Positions 38,986 to 51,799 of a stretch of DNA of 64,000 nt are shown piece by piece. The notes beneath the pieces are model-generated. The model saw only the letters and a list, made by a program, of their open reading frames with translations. It was not told the origin of the DNA and searched no databases. Position 1 is the first letter of the stretch; each line of letters opens with the position of its first letter. Origin of the DNA: Octopus vulgaris. Lineage: Eukaryota. Both the position numbers and the translations under genes were made by a program. The stretch covers positions 21,576,001 to 21,640,000 of the forward strand of contig OX597818.1 in the NCBI GenBank assembly GCA_951406725.2. Direction: 5' to 3'.

Positions 38986-40976
38986 TTTGCTTTGACTATT
39001 AATTCATCTTTAAAGTTTAAAATTTTTTTTTTTTTACATAGAAGAGGAAGGGCAGAGCCAGTTACCTCTATGCAAGGCTTCTGTGACTTGGGAAGAAAGA
39101 GTGGAAGTAACCATGACTGATAGGGTTTCTACAATTTTTGATATAAAACTATTAAAAAATACTTATACAACTAGTATTTATTTGTTCATGGAATGCATAC
39201 ATATAAAAATTAGATACATACAGTAAAGTGAAAGGAAAAGGCCCAAAGTATGAGGAAACAACTATTGAAGTGTTAGTGTTATATTAAATACACTTAATGT
39301 TCTTTTTCATTGTGGTTGATGATTGGACGAGCATCTATTTTGCAAAAATCTTATGACGTGCTATGCACAGATTTGATAACCTATCCAACCCATGCCAATC
39401 TTGGAAAACTAGGTGGAAAATTCAATAATAATAATATTGTCAAAAACTATATTGAATAACCTGTATTTTAGCTAATATGTGGGTGTTGGCATAGTCTGGA
39501 CATATGAAAAGTTTTCTTTGTTGTCTGTTCTGTTTTGGTTTATATCATCCTGCTATCAATGGAAGCTGCCAAAAAAAAAAAGAAAAAGGAATTTAAGCTA
39601 TTTTCGTTTTTAACTTTTCATTCTTTCTTTATTTATTTAGTGATTTTTGGAAGATTTATTTTTATATTGTTTTTAAAGAGAACATATTTCAAGAATGTAT
39701 TTTGTTGTTTGATCCCAATACTTTATTTTGAACACTAGTGTAGTTTAGATAACATGATGAACATGAAGACCATTGTTTATGCAGTTGATAAGATGTCATT
39801 AAACTCTGGTGAAACCATTCATTTAATCTTGTAGATTTCTTTATATTTTGTGGATACCAGCACTACTTACTGGTTATAGAACCCCTAATTTAAAATACTG
39901 CTACCAAACTGTTAATTACTAATATTAACATGGTAGATGTTCTACTTGTTTTACCAAAACCTGAATTAAGTGGTCTGTTGGCATACATGAATGAATATTC
40001 ACAAGATAACAGTCACCTACTTTGGATATACACACAAAGTATTGTTGTTTGAAAACTAATTCTCATCATCTTTGTTATCATTGTTGTCGTCGTCATCATC
40101 ATCATCATCATTCTTAATAAAAATAATTTCTTATTTAGTCATAAGCTCACCTTTTATGGACAAGGTGAAATATGAAATTGTATAATACTCATGTCTTTCT
40201 CACTCTAAGCAATAGTACTCTAAAGTTTATTAACTCAACCATGAATCTGAACTCATTTGCCTAGAAGGAACTTCTGTCCACCCCCATCCCCACAATCTAC
40301 CTACCTACTTACTAATACTTCAGATTATATTGACTAGGCACAGAGTTAATTTCTGCCAGGTTGGATGGAGTATAGTTGATTGAACCAATCAAGTATGTTT
40401 ATATATTTTCTCACTCCTACTGAGATGAAACTGGTGTGTGGCACTGTGCTGTTTTAGTGATCCATACAGTCCTATGATGATAAAGATTTTAAACTTTGCT
40501 TGATAGGTGTAATTTTGGATGTAAGCTTAATCTGCTATACACTACTAGGCCCTTCTATATCTTTAGCAGAGTACTGTCTGTTGGAAGTATTTGAATTAGA
40601 GTTCCACTCTGAGGATAACCTTGTACTTTCTAACAACCAGTTTCAGGGGCTCTGTAAAGGGTTAAATGTGCTACTTCCCTCCTTTGACTAACCCTAAACA
40701 TTACTGTTACTTACTGATTCCAGAAATAGAGATAACATTAACATTTGTAGTAGTTGAACTCGGAACAGAAAGCTACCTTATTAAATACACAGTGCATGTT
40801 ATTGGTTCTGCCAGACATTATCATAATGATTTCTTATTTTGACATAAAGTCAGAAAATTGTAGTCAAAAGGGAATGAGATTATGTGACATGACTGACTTT
40901 CTTTAGGGAACTAACACTGTAACTGAAGTAGGTACACATACTTGACTCACCAAGAGTATCTGTTCAGCAAGGGTCT

Positions 40977-41392
40977 CATCATCATCATGATCATCGTTTA
41001 ATGTCCGCTTTCCATGCTAGCATGGGTTGGACGATTTCGACCGAGGGCTGGCGAACCAAATGGCTGCACCAGGCTCCAATCTCGATTTGGCAGAGTTTCT
41101 ACCGCTGGATGCCCTTCCTAACGCCAACCACTCCGAGAGTGTAGTGGGTGCTTTTTACGTGCCTGTCAGGCAGTACTAGCAACGACCTCGCTCGAATCCT
41201 TTTACACATGCCACCAGCACAGGTGCCAGTAAAGCGACTTTGGTAAGGATCACGCTCGAATGGTGCTCTTGGCATCCTACTAGCACGGGCACAAGTGCCA
41301 GTAAGACGACGCTAGTAACGATCACGCTCGAATGGTGCCCTTTAAGTGCCACTGGCATGGAAGCCGGTTAGCCGCTCTGTCAATGATCACAC
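40977..41392 (-). mobile_element. Young RTE-type 3' tail element (family C)
   Basis: (CAT)n-CGTTTAATGTCCGCTTTCCATGCTAGCATGGGTTGGACG...GGATGCCCTTCCTAACGCCAACCACTCCGAGAGTGTAGTGGGTG, followed by ~60-bp subrepeats containing GATCACGCTCGAATGGTGC. CpG-rich. Confidence 0.88.
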
Positions 41393-42504
41393 TCATTCTG
41401 TTCTGTTTTATATAAAGAATAGTATGATTGATGTACAAAATATAAAATAATAGAATACTTAGATGTGGTTGTAGCTGTGTGATTAAAAAGTTTGCTTCCC
41501 AACTGCATGTAGCTGCACCTTGATTTTCTTTTCAACCAATAGTTATAGAACTTGCTCAGTTTTTGCTCACTGAAGAATAATGATAATGTGTGAAAGTAAA
41601 ATTGCTTTAGTTATTATGAGATTGTTGATAAAAGGCTCTCAGCCAACTTTACAGAAGCTTCAAGTGTATTACTAAATTTAATCCAGATGGCTCTGTAAGT
41701 CATAAATGTACCAGAAATTACCACAACCCCACATTGTGCATATGGACACTCCTATTCTTTCTCATTATGCATTCTTCAGTGTACAACATGTATACAGCCA
41801 CAAATTTTGGTAAGTCTTTGGTCACTTAAGCCTTATAAAGTAACCAGTTCAGATGGTTACTTGATATACTCCTGTTACAATTTATATCATTACTAAAATT
41901 GTTATTCTTCTTTTCTATGTATAAGATATGAAAGCACATATCAGTGTATAGTATACCTAAACAAAAAACAAAATATATTGTCAACTCTGATTGTATAGTT
42001 TTCACTTCCAATATCTCTAAAGAAAATAAAACAATTATAAGTTATTACCTTAACCACCTCAAATTTATTTCACTTCTTGATAATCATGAGCATGACTCAC
42101 AAAACCAGATCTGCTGGAGATTTTCTCTAATGCCATAAGGTTTACTTCATCTTCAAAGTTTTGATGAAAGCAGATTACCCTTGGTATCTGGAAAACTGTT
42201 GATTATATCTGGCATGAAAACTTAAGTAAAGCTACCTTTTTTCTAATATTTTTTTTAGGCTCTTCTCAATCTTAATGATATGAATTGCTTAGTTTTTCTC
42301 CTGTTGCTTCAAATACAGCTTGGATTGATGATACTTTCACATTCCATCAACTAGTATGTACTTTCAGTTGAATATCTTTCCAATGCCCTTTAATCATTAC
42401 CTTCATGACTCAGACTTTTTCACCTCTAAACAAATGCTTTAGACTACCCCTCCCTTTTTTTGCACTTAGAAACCATCAAGGTGTTACCCCCACATTTCTT
42501 GACA

Positions 42505-42548
<44 letters not shown>

Positions 42549-44310
42549 CTCTATAAATAGAAACTTCAAAAGCATTCTGCAATGTGATGATGACAACCTA
42601 GTATCATTCAATCTTCTTACAAGTGCTAGGCTTCACTAGTTCTAATGACCTTTCGAAGCATTCACATATGAACTTCATAGTTAAGGTTGTATCACAAGGG
42701 ATTGGTTATGTTTTCAGGAACTACAAATACTTCAGCTCCAAAATGTATTAATCCTATATCCAGTAGAGTACTTTTTACATAGCTAGGAAATTGTTTTCAT
42801 CCAAAACAGTCATATTTTTCATTGTATAATACACCTTTTCTCTCATATCTCAATTAATTTACTTGTTGCTGATTTGTAATCTGAATCTCCTATATTGCTA
42901 GTGAGCTTCACCTCTTAATTTAATTGTATGTGATCGCCACATTAAGCCATTTCCCTCATCCCACCTGTTTCTCCTCCTCTTCACACCCTTATTGTATTCA
43001 TGCTGTGTTCCTGGGTACTTCATGTACTACTTTTTATAATCTTCCCCATCACAAAACTATACATCTTTGGAACTGTCTATATCTGCCCTCATTAACAACT
43101 ACTTTTCATTATCTCTATTAAATTTTACCATCTTGTTACTAATTACTGTCAGTTATTTAGGTAACTACTCCAAAAATGTTTGGGTTATCAACTATTCAGA
43201 TAGCCTGTAGATACCAAACATTACATTTGTGAGTGATATTAAACAATATAAGCAACAATCTGAAATAGAAGAGAATAACAGGCTACTGACATGACTCCTG
43301 TATGCCAATCCACTTTCTTTTTCTCAAACTGGATACTTGAATCTATTTTTCTGCTATTTTGTTTTTAACTTTACTATTTATATATATATTTTACAAGATA
43401 AATGGTTAGTTATTTTACTTTGCATAGCAGGACACATTATTCCATTTTCTTAGATTAATCATGAAAATCTAATTGCTCATTTGGAATTTATCTGGAATAG
43501 TTTAAACATTTATTTTTGGCTAATATAATTATATGTTGGACATTTTTAAAAATCAACAACACAGACAAAACTTGTTTTAAAAATCACTTTAAATCTTATA
43601 AAGAAATCTTGGATAGGTGGGAGTGTGGAAAATTTTGCTTTGCAGGAAATTTTATTGAGAGATATATTTAAATATAGCATTAAATTATTAATCAACATTT
43701 TTATTTGGCTAATTTTTCTCATGACTCATTGGTGGATTTTTCAGTCTTGACCATGAGCATTCAGTTTAACCAATTGAATGAATTCCTACTCAAGAAGGTG
43801 CAGCTGTGGATGTGTGTTTGGGAACTATATGGTTTTGGGCTGGTCTCTTACAATATTCTCAGGCCAACCAAAGCCTTGTGATTGGATTTGGTGGGAGGAA
43901 ACTGAAAGAAGCACTCCCCTCACACATACATATGCACATAGTCATATAGACTTATAGGGCCAGTTTCCTGGATTCTCTGATATATATACTCCCCAGTGGA
44001 TGGGGCACTGGTACATTGTAGAAATACTCATTTTTGTCAGCTGAGTGGATTGCAACAATGTTAAATGAAGTGTTTTGCTCAAGAACACAATGCATTGCTC
44101 AGTCCAGGAATTGAAATCACAATCTTATGAACACTCACAACAAAGGGTTATTTCTGAACAAATGCATAAGCATGGGAAAACTCTGAGGAGTGACGATATG
44201 ACCTGGTCTGATATTGACTGAAAACTAAGTTAATGTAATTTTGTCATATGTATTGAATACTCTTTCTCTTTTTGCGCACACAGAAACATAAAGATTCAGT
44301 CGTTTTCAAA

Positions 44311-46309
44311 CCATCCGAACGTGGCTGTAGCCAGTACCGCATCGACTGGCCTCCGTGCTGTGGGAACATGGTGGCACATAAAAACACCATCCGAAGACCC
44401 GGCAAGACTAGTCAGGTCATAACCCGTGGCCCCTACCTGGGACGTAGTCAGTCCACCTGTACATACCTTCCTTCTTGTGACACTTGTGAAGACCTGTTGA
44501 GGCAAGTGAAAATCAAAACAAATCAAAATAGATGAACATCAATGGAATTTGTATCTTTGTGGTACCAGTGCCAGTGGCACACAAGAATCCATCCGAACGT
44601 GGCCGTAGTCAGTACCGCATCACTGGCCATCGTGCTGTGGGCACATAACAAACACCATCCGATCGTGGCCGTTCGCCAGCCTCATCTAGCACCTGTGTCG
44701 GTGGCACATAAAAACACCATCCGAAGACCCGGCAAGACTAGTCAGGCCATAACCCATGGCCCCTACCTGGGACGTAGTCAGTCCACCTGTGCATACCTTC
44801 CTCCTTGTGATACTTGTGAAGGCCTGTTGAGGCAAGTGAAAATCAAAATCAAATCAAAACAAATCAAAATAGATGAACATCAATGGAATTTGTATCTTTG
44901 TGGTACCAGTGCCGGTGGCACACAAGAGAAAACCATCCGAAAGTGGCCGTAGCCAGTACCGCATCGACTGGCCTCCGTGCTGTGGGCGCATGACAAACAC
45001 CATCCGATCGTGGCCGTTCGCCAGCCTCATCTAGCACCTGTGTCGGTGGCACATAAAAACACCTTCCGAAGACCCGGCAAGACTAGTCAGTCCACCTGTG
45101 CATACCTTCCTTCTTGTGACACTTGTGAAGACCTGTTGAGGCAAGTGAAAATCAAATCAAATCAAATCAAAATAGATGAACATCAATGGAATTTGTATCT
45201 TTGTGGTACCAGTGCCTGTGGCACACAAGAAATCCATCCGAAAGTGGCCGTAGTCAGTACCGCATCGACTGGCCATCGTGCTGTGGGCACATAACAAACA
45301 CCATCCGATCGTGGCCGTTCGCCAGCCTCATCTAGCACCTGTGTCGGTGGCACATAAAAACACCATCCGAAGACCCGGCAAGACTAGTCAGGCCATATCC
45401 CATGGCCCCTACCTGGGACGTAGTCAGTCCACCTGTGCATACCTTCCTCTTGTGATACTTGTGAGGCCTGTTGAGGCAAGTGAAAATCAAAATGAAATCA
45501 AAACAAATCAAATCAAATCAAATCAAAACAAATCAAAATAGATGAACATTAATGGAATTGTATCTTTGTGGTACCAGTGCCGGTGGCACACAAGAAAACC
45601 ATCCGAACGTGGCCGTAGCCAGTACCGCACCGACTGGCCTCCGTGCTGTGGGCACGTAACAAACACCATCCGATCGTGGCCGTTCGCCAGCCTCATCTGG
45701 CACCTGTGTCGGTGGCACATAAAAACCCCATCCGAAGACCCGGCAAGACTAGTCAGGCCATAACCTGTGGCCCCTACCTGGGACGTAGTCAGTCCACCTG
45801 TGCATACCTTCCTTCTTGTGACACTTGTGAAGACCTGTTGAGGCAAGTGAAAATCAATCAAATCAAAACAAATCAAAATAGATGAACATCAATGGAATTT
45901 GTATCTTTGTGGTACCAGTGCCGGTGGCACGTGGCACACAAGAAAACCATCCGAACGTGGCCGTAGCCAGTACCGCATCAACTGGCCTCCGTGCTGTGGG
46001 CACGTAACAAACACCATCCGATCGTGGCCGTTTGCCAGCCTCATCTGGCACCTGTGTCGGTGGCACATAAAAACACCATCCGAGCGTGGCCGTCTGCCAG
46101 CCTCGTCTGGCACCTGTGTCGGTGGCACATAAAATCACCCACTACACTCTCGGAGTGGTTGGCGTTAGGAAGGGCATCCAGCTGTAGAAACACTGCCAGA
46201 TCTGACTGGACTGGTGCAGCTTTCGGGCTCCCCAGACCCCAGTTGAACCGTCCAACCCATGCTAGCATGGAAAGCGGACGTTAAATGAGGATGATGATGA
46301 TGATGATGA
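44311..46309 (+). repeat. Tandem array of ~280-365-bp units derived from an RTE LINE 3' UTR, ending in a single complete RTE tail
   Basis: Units start (CCATCCGAA) at 44311, 44589, 44933, 45234, 45599 and 45947. Each full unit carries an (AAATC)n tract. The last unit runs into GGCGTTAGGAAGGGCATCCAGC...GGAAAGCGGACGTTAAA(TGA)n. Confidence 0.92.
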
Positions 46310-46515
46310 ATCTCTTTCTATTTTTCTTCTCTCTCATATTTCTCTCTCTTTCATACTTTCTCTCTTTCATACTTTCTGTCTTTCATACCCTCGCTCTCTC
46401 TTATACCCTTGCACTCTCTCTCTCTCTCATATCCTCTCTCTCATACCTTCTCTCTCTCTCTCATACCCTCTCTTTCTCATGCCCTCTCTCTCTCTCTCAT
46501 ACCCTCTCTCTCATA
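46310..46515. repeat. (CT)-rich degenerate minisatellite (TCTCTCATACCC-like unit)
   Basis: Repeated CATACYYT(CT)n units. Confidence 0.8.
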
Positions 46516-48399
46516 CATAGGATACATTTAGGAAAAACAAGTAATCTTTAATGGTACAATCTCTTTAAGCGATTTGATCCTAATACAAACTGATAAATTT
46601 AAAAGCATTCTCTGATCTAATTATTTAAAACTGATTTATAGTTGTGTACTTGGTATACTGGTAAATATGAGGTTGTAAATACAGCCGCTTACATTTAAAA
46701 ATAGGCTTAAAGAGCAACGTAAGTATTTACATCCTGTCTATTCTGGTGTTGTATCAAATCATTATGCTTTTCTCCTACAAGAGATGAATACATAACTTCT
46801 GGTAGCATCCTTGATAGTTACCAGTCTTGTGCAAAGATACTGAAACCTTGAAGGAAATAATTTTATGAAATGCCAGCTTGCTCTACTTAACTTGAGCCAA
46901 CAAGGGAGCCATTATGTGATTGCTTGATCTGCTTGCAATAGCAGCTAAATTTCTGTGTAATCACTACTATTTAAACATTGGATAATTTAGTCCTTCATAC
47001 TCCTAAAGAGATGAGAGTACCTTTAATCATAAGATTGCATGATAAGGGTTAACCTGGGTCTAAACAACAATAATATATCAGTGGTTTAACTTTTGATGTA
47101 CCTATTTTTCATTGTTCTCATAGATTGGATTATTTATAAACTTAGTAAGCATGTCATACTAATCCTTAATTATGTAATACCTGTCATTTGAAGATTTTAA
47201 AATCATTTACTTCTAGCCACATCAACCATTCTGTTACATTACTGGGATATTTGTATGTGTTTTGATATTGTTTGGGTTATCTTGTCTGTCTTTGCCTCTA
47301 TTTCTGTTTATTTCTCTTTCTCTCTACACTCCCACACATGTGAATATGTAGGTATTCTTGTTCAGAGTACACAAGGCACACTTAAGTGAAGTGATAAGTG
47401 TACACAGGCACAAGCCACTTGTTCTCTCATTCATTGTCTTCAATTAGTTGAAATTTTATTATCACAGAATTACTCAGAAATACGTTTCCATTTTGATTAA
47501 ATCTGAGTCTTCCACACCAGATCAGAATTGAACTTGTTTCTCCTGTTTACATGAAAGAAAAATATTGCTTTAGTAATTAGCATACAACAGTAAATGCATA
47601 TATATATCCACCCCATTTCCAGTTCTTGTCAGCATGGAAAGCAAGTATAAAATGATCGCATGCGCGCGTGTACACACAGAAACAATATTATATAATTTAA
47701 GTGTTCTGAGAATGCTAACTTGGGATTGTGCATTAGTCATCAGGTAAACTTATTTACACATCTGCCAAGTTTTGATTTAAAACTGATATTATACTGTATC
47801 TGATTTTTAATTCAGTCTAGTTACTATCAGTTGAATATTTATTTTATTTTTTTTTTGTTTAATCCATTGTCATAAACAAAAGCCTAAGTTCTGCCTTGCT
47901 CCTTTTCTCCAACCTACTACCATTCTTCATGTTTCAGGAAGTTACTCATAAACAATTGCTACTTCATGGGTTCTTCTGTCAATTTCTATGTATGGCTGCA
48001 GTCATATGAAGAATATTAAGAAAAAAGAAAAGAAACAAATCTAGTTTTGATTAATTTAGTTTGTGTAATACTTAACCTATCACTGCATCCATGTTGTGTT
48101 CTGTTACACTTCACATACAAATAACTACATGCACAATGTGAATGAATATATATATGTGTGTATGTAACATGCGTTTAATTATTGTATGTAATGTAAATCA
48201 TTATATCACATGCGGCGATTAAATGCATGCTTTATAAATTGGTAACAAACTGGAACCATGTTTTATGATTTATAAGCTAATACATATTGCTGGCTTCCTT
48301 AATTGTAGATGTGAAATAATAAAATGGATAAGGTGTTGCATTACCAGCTCTTAGATCTTGAGTTCAAATCCACTATTGGCATTCTGTTTTTTCTATTAG

Positions 48400-48787
48400 C
48401 TTTTATATTGTCTTGTTTCAGTCATTAGACTGTGGCTATGCTGGGGCACTATCTTGAGAAATTTTAGTTGAACGAATCAGTCTTAGTACTTATTTTTTTT
48501 TTAAGCCTGATAATTATTCTACCAGTTTTTTTTTGCTGGACCACTAAGTTATGGAGATGTAAACACACCAACACTGGTTGTCAAACAGTAGTGGGAGCAC
48601 AGATATGAACAAACACTCTCACACACACATGACAGACTTTCAATTTCTGTCTACCTAATTGACTCTCAAAGTTTTGGTCAACCCAAAGCTATAGTAGAAG
48701 ACGCTCAAGGTGCCACTCAGTGGGACTGAACCCAGAACCATGTGACTGGGAAGCAAACTTCTTACCACACATCCACGCTTGTGCCAT
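48400..48787 (-). mobile_element. SINE family B, near full length
   Basis: GTTTCAGTCATTAGACTGTGGCTATGCTGGGGCAC...GTAAACACACCAACACTGGTTGTC...CAAGGTGCCACTCAGTGGGACTGAACCCAGAACCATGTG..GGGAAGCAAACTTCTTACCACAC. Confidence 0.85.
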
Positions 48788-49049
48788 ATACTTAATTTTA
48801 TATGTATTAATTTTTGTAATTGTTGGGAATCTGCATCAGATTACATTCAACTGTTACTTGTGATGGAGTGACTGCTAACTAACTATAAAGAGGGTCAAGA
48901 AATGAAACCAGATTCACTGGTCCTTAAAAACCTCTGAGGTTTTGTAGGTGGTTATATTTGTTGCACATTGTTTTCTAGGTTACTTGATTTAACTATAAAT
49001 ATGAAAGGACCAAATGGAAAAAGTATTAGACTACTTGGCCTGTTGGTCT

Positions 49050-49640
49050 TGAGTTTATAGTCTTCTTTAAGTAACCATGACTGAGATGCATTTCACCACA
49101 CTGCACCAGGAATTGGTATGTTCTCAGTTTCATTTTTTATGCCAATAATAGCAATATTGTTGAGTGATATTTGTCCTCTGTTAGGACAGAAAGTTTCCAA
49201 AACATAACATCTGATATGGCCTGGTGTTAAGCATGCTAGCAGTGGCCAGCCATGCCTGCTTTATATTGAGCAACAAAAGTTGAGATAGGTGGAATGTGTT
49301 CATAAAACTCCTCTTTGCAAGAATTTAACATTTCCAAGAAAGCTGCTACTAAGGTTGATCTATTTCTCTGCAAAAGCAATTATGTGTATGACCATTAATG
49401 AACATGAAAGCCACTTGCCAGTTTGTTCCAATGAATGGTGTATGAAGTGATCAGTAACTTCAACCCTTTGGGTCATGTGTTTAAATCCAGTGTTAGCCTT
49501 TTGTTGCCAACAGATCATCTGCATACATTACTTCTAGTAAAATATTGTCTTTCCAAAGGAAAAGTTATTTCTCATCTTCACAGCATGAAGCCAGAACCAA
49601 TACTTGGGCTTTGTAGGTAGTCACATCTATGTTGCAGAAG
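49050..49640 (-). mobile_element. Possible highly decayed non-LTR reverse-transcriptase remnant
   Basis: Minus strand MYADDL at ~49512-49530. The flanking similarity is weak. Confidence 0.3.
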
Positions 49641-50382
49641 TTAAATGGCCAAATAGATAAGGAAATTCACTACTGGTTTATAATACTTTTTGTTCAAACT
49701 GTTTTGTTTTTGTAAATATAGCAGTATTCTAAATCTACACTTTATCCAGCTGTTGCAAATTGATAACAAATTGTCTGGGAATGTTACCAGTTATAGACTG
49801 ACATCTTATCCAGAGATTTACTTCTCATCTAAGTGAGAATGTTGAGATTTAATTCTCTTATATATAGTGCCATATAATCAGACTTTGACACTCACATATA
49901 TAAGGCCTTCAGGTTTTCAACTGATTTGCATTTTCCTTTTTAATTTTTAAATTAAAATTAATCTAACTTGAAAGATTAATGGCTGTGAATGTTATAGAGC
50001 AAAAGCTGAGGACTGGTTTCCGTACCTGGCTGGAACCACTTATGTTATATATGGTCTTGGGAAGGGCATTAATGACAAATGTTTCTACTTAGAAAACAAT
50101 TGAGCATCTTTTGGCTGTGATTGGAGCTCATTCTTCACTAATATCTGAAGCACCTGGGAATATCCATGTTCTTTTAGCTCTGCCTTTTATGCATGCGCAG
50201 GCACACAAACACAAAGCAAAAAAAAAAAAAAGTAAAAATATCCTTGTGACTATTCAAGTAAGCCCTGAGGTGTAAGTACCAAGTCCATGGTTTAGTTTTG
50301 ATTTTATATTTTATATAACTTAAATTTTCAACACTGCTCCAATATCATACTCATTATTTCCTTTGTGTTATAACTCTCTACA

Positions 50383-50420
<38 letters not shown>

Positions 50421-51141
50421 TTGCCTCAGTCTGTCTGGTGAGATGTACCCTGTCTTTCACTGTAGCAGTAAAAGGACATCCACATTTAAAAAGCAATTCT
50501 TCCTAATAATTGCTAACAATCAGATTTGACAAACAACAGTACAAGCTTGTGTGTGCATGCACATGCATGCACTGCACCACTGCACAAATGTCTACACAGA
50601 AGGAAAAGTGCTACTTATTTTGTTGAAGCTGTTGATTTTCTCTTTTGCTTCTCCAAGTTTCTCATTTGTATGTGCTTGTTTTCCTGAAGTGTGAGTCCTA
50701 CATCAACTCTCTCTTTATCCCCCACTCCACCTTCTGTGTGTGTGTGTGTGTGTGTGTGTATTTACATACATATATTTTTTGTAGTGTCTTGCTGGCCACC
50801 TTTTTCTGTCTCCAAAGGGTATTTACCTGATCTTTTAAGTTGTTTTCATAGCTATTCTGCATCCTAGATTTCCTCTATTTTCTGTAAAGTATTTATATGT
50901 GTGTGTGCATACAAAGTAATACCCCACTTAATGCTACCCTGTTTAGAGTTGATTTGCTATAGCATAGCACTCTTTTTTTTTTCTTGGAGATATTTTCAGT
51001 GGGACAACAGTAGATGATAACTCATGAGACCTTGGAAATTCAACCAAAATTATAACCGTCTTTACTTTTGATGCATGAATTTATATAATCTTTACTATAT
51101 TGTTTCATTATACTGAAGATTCTTATGATAATGACCTAGAC

Positions 51142-51275
51142 CAGTCATGGGCAAGCTATTGCCTGTGGGGCTTTTTGAATGATACATTTAAACAAAATTT
51201 TTTTAGTGTGTGGCCTACTTCATAGTGAGCTATGTCTCATGTGAACCACTTTTTGTAAAGGGCTGCTCATGACTG
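51142..51275. mobile_element. Small hAT-type MITE
   Basis: Termini CAGTCATGGGCAA and CTGCTCATGACTG. Degenerate 8-bp TSD ACCTAGAC/AGCCAGAC. Confidence 0.6.
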
Positions 51276-51799
51276 AGCCAGACAATGGATTGAAATTTAA
51301 AAAAAAAAAAAAGAAGTTCATTTTGATGGTGTATAGTAACACAAAATTTGTCTCTAATATTGTCTTCTTGTTTGAATATTTCTCAAATTAAGGAACTGTT
51401 CTGCCCTTATGTTTTTCTTGTCAGACTTTTTTCCTTTCTTGAAGTTCATTACTTTGATGCACTTAACTCTTGATGTTGTTGCATATAATCAACTTGTTGT
51501 TCATCATCTATGTTCTTTCTTTGTATTTGTCTTTTGCACTGGTATTTTAAGTATCCCATTTATATGTGCTTGCTCATGTTGGCTCTTATTTACCAATGAT
51601 TTTTGACTATCTCTTATTTCCTGTCTGTGTTATCTCATTCTTTCTCAGCAAGTATCTACTCATTGTTTCTTTTATTGCTTAAAGTCTTTGGTTTTTTACC
51701 AGAGTGAAGGTTGTTTAAATGTGAAGTGAGAATAAAATTTGTAGTGCAAAAAGTTTTCATAAGTGTAAAAAGATAATAAAAGATAGCAAGAAACAAGAA

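Noticed and set aside
41571-41610. CTGAAGA...GAAA spacing resembling a hammerhead
   Set aside because: Stem II is barely paired and stem I fails after one pair, so it is a chance match in AT-rich DNA.
42430-42900. Possible second Penelope RT remnant (DDNLVSF-like peptide)
   Set aside because: Only scattered weak motif resemblance; too degraded to support without alignment.
44272-46284. Many overlapping ORFs and a CRISPR-like repeat appearance
   Set aside because: The ORFs are by-products of a GC-richer tandem repeat with frameshifts between units. Whole units repeat with no unique spacers, and the DNA is eukaryotic. I found no CUGANGA/GAAA core in the unit, so it is not a canonical retrozyme.
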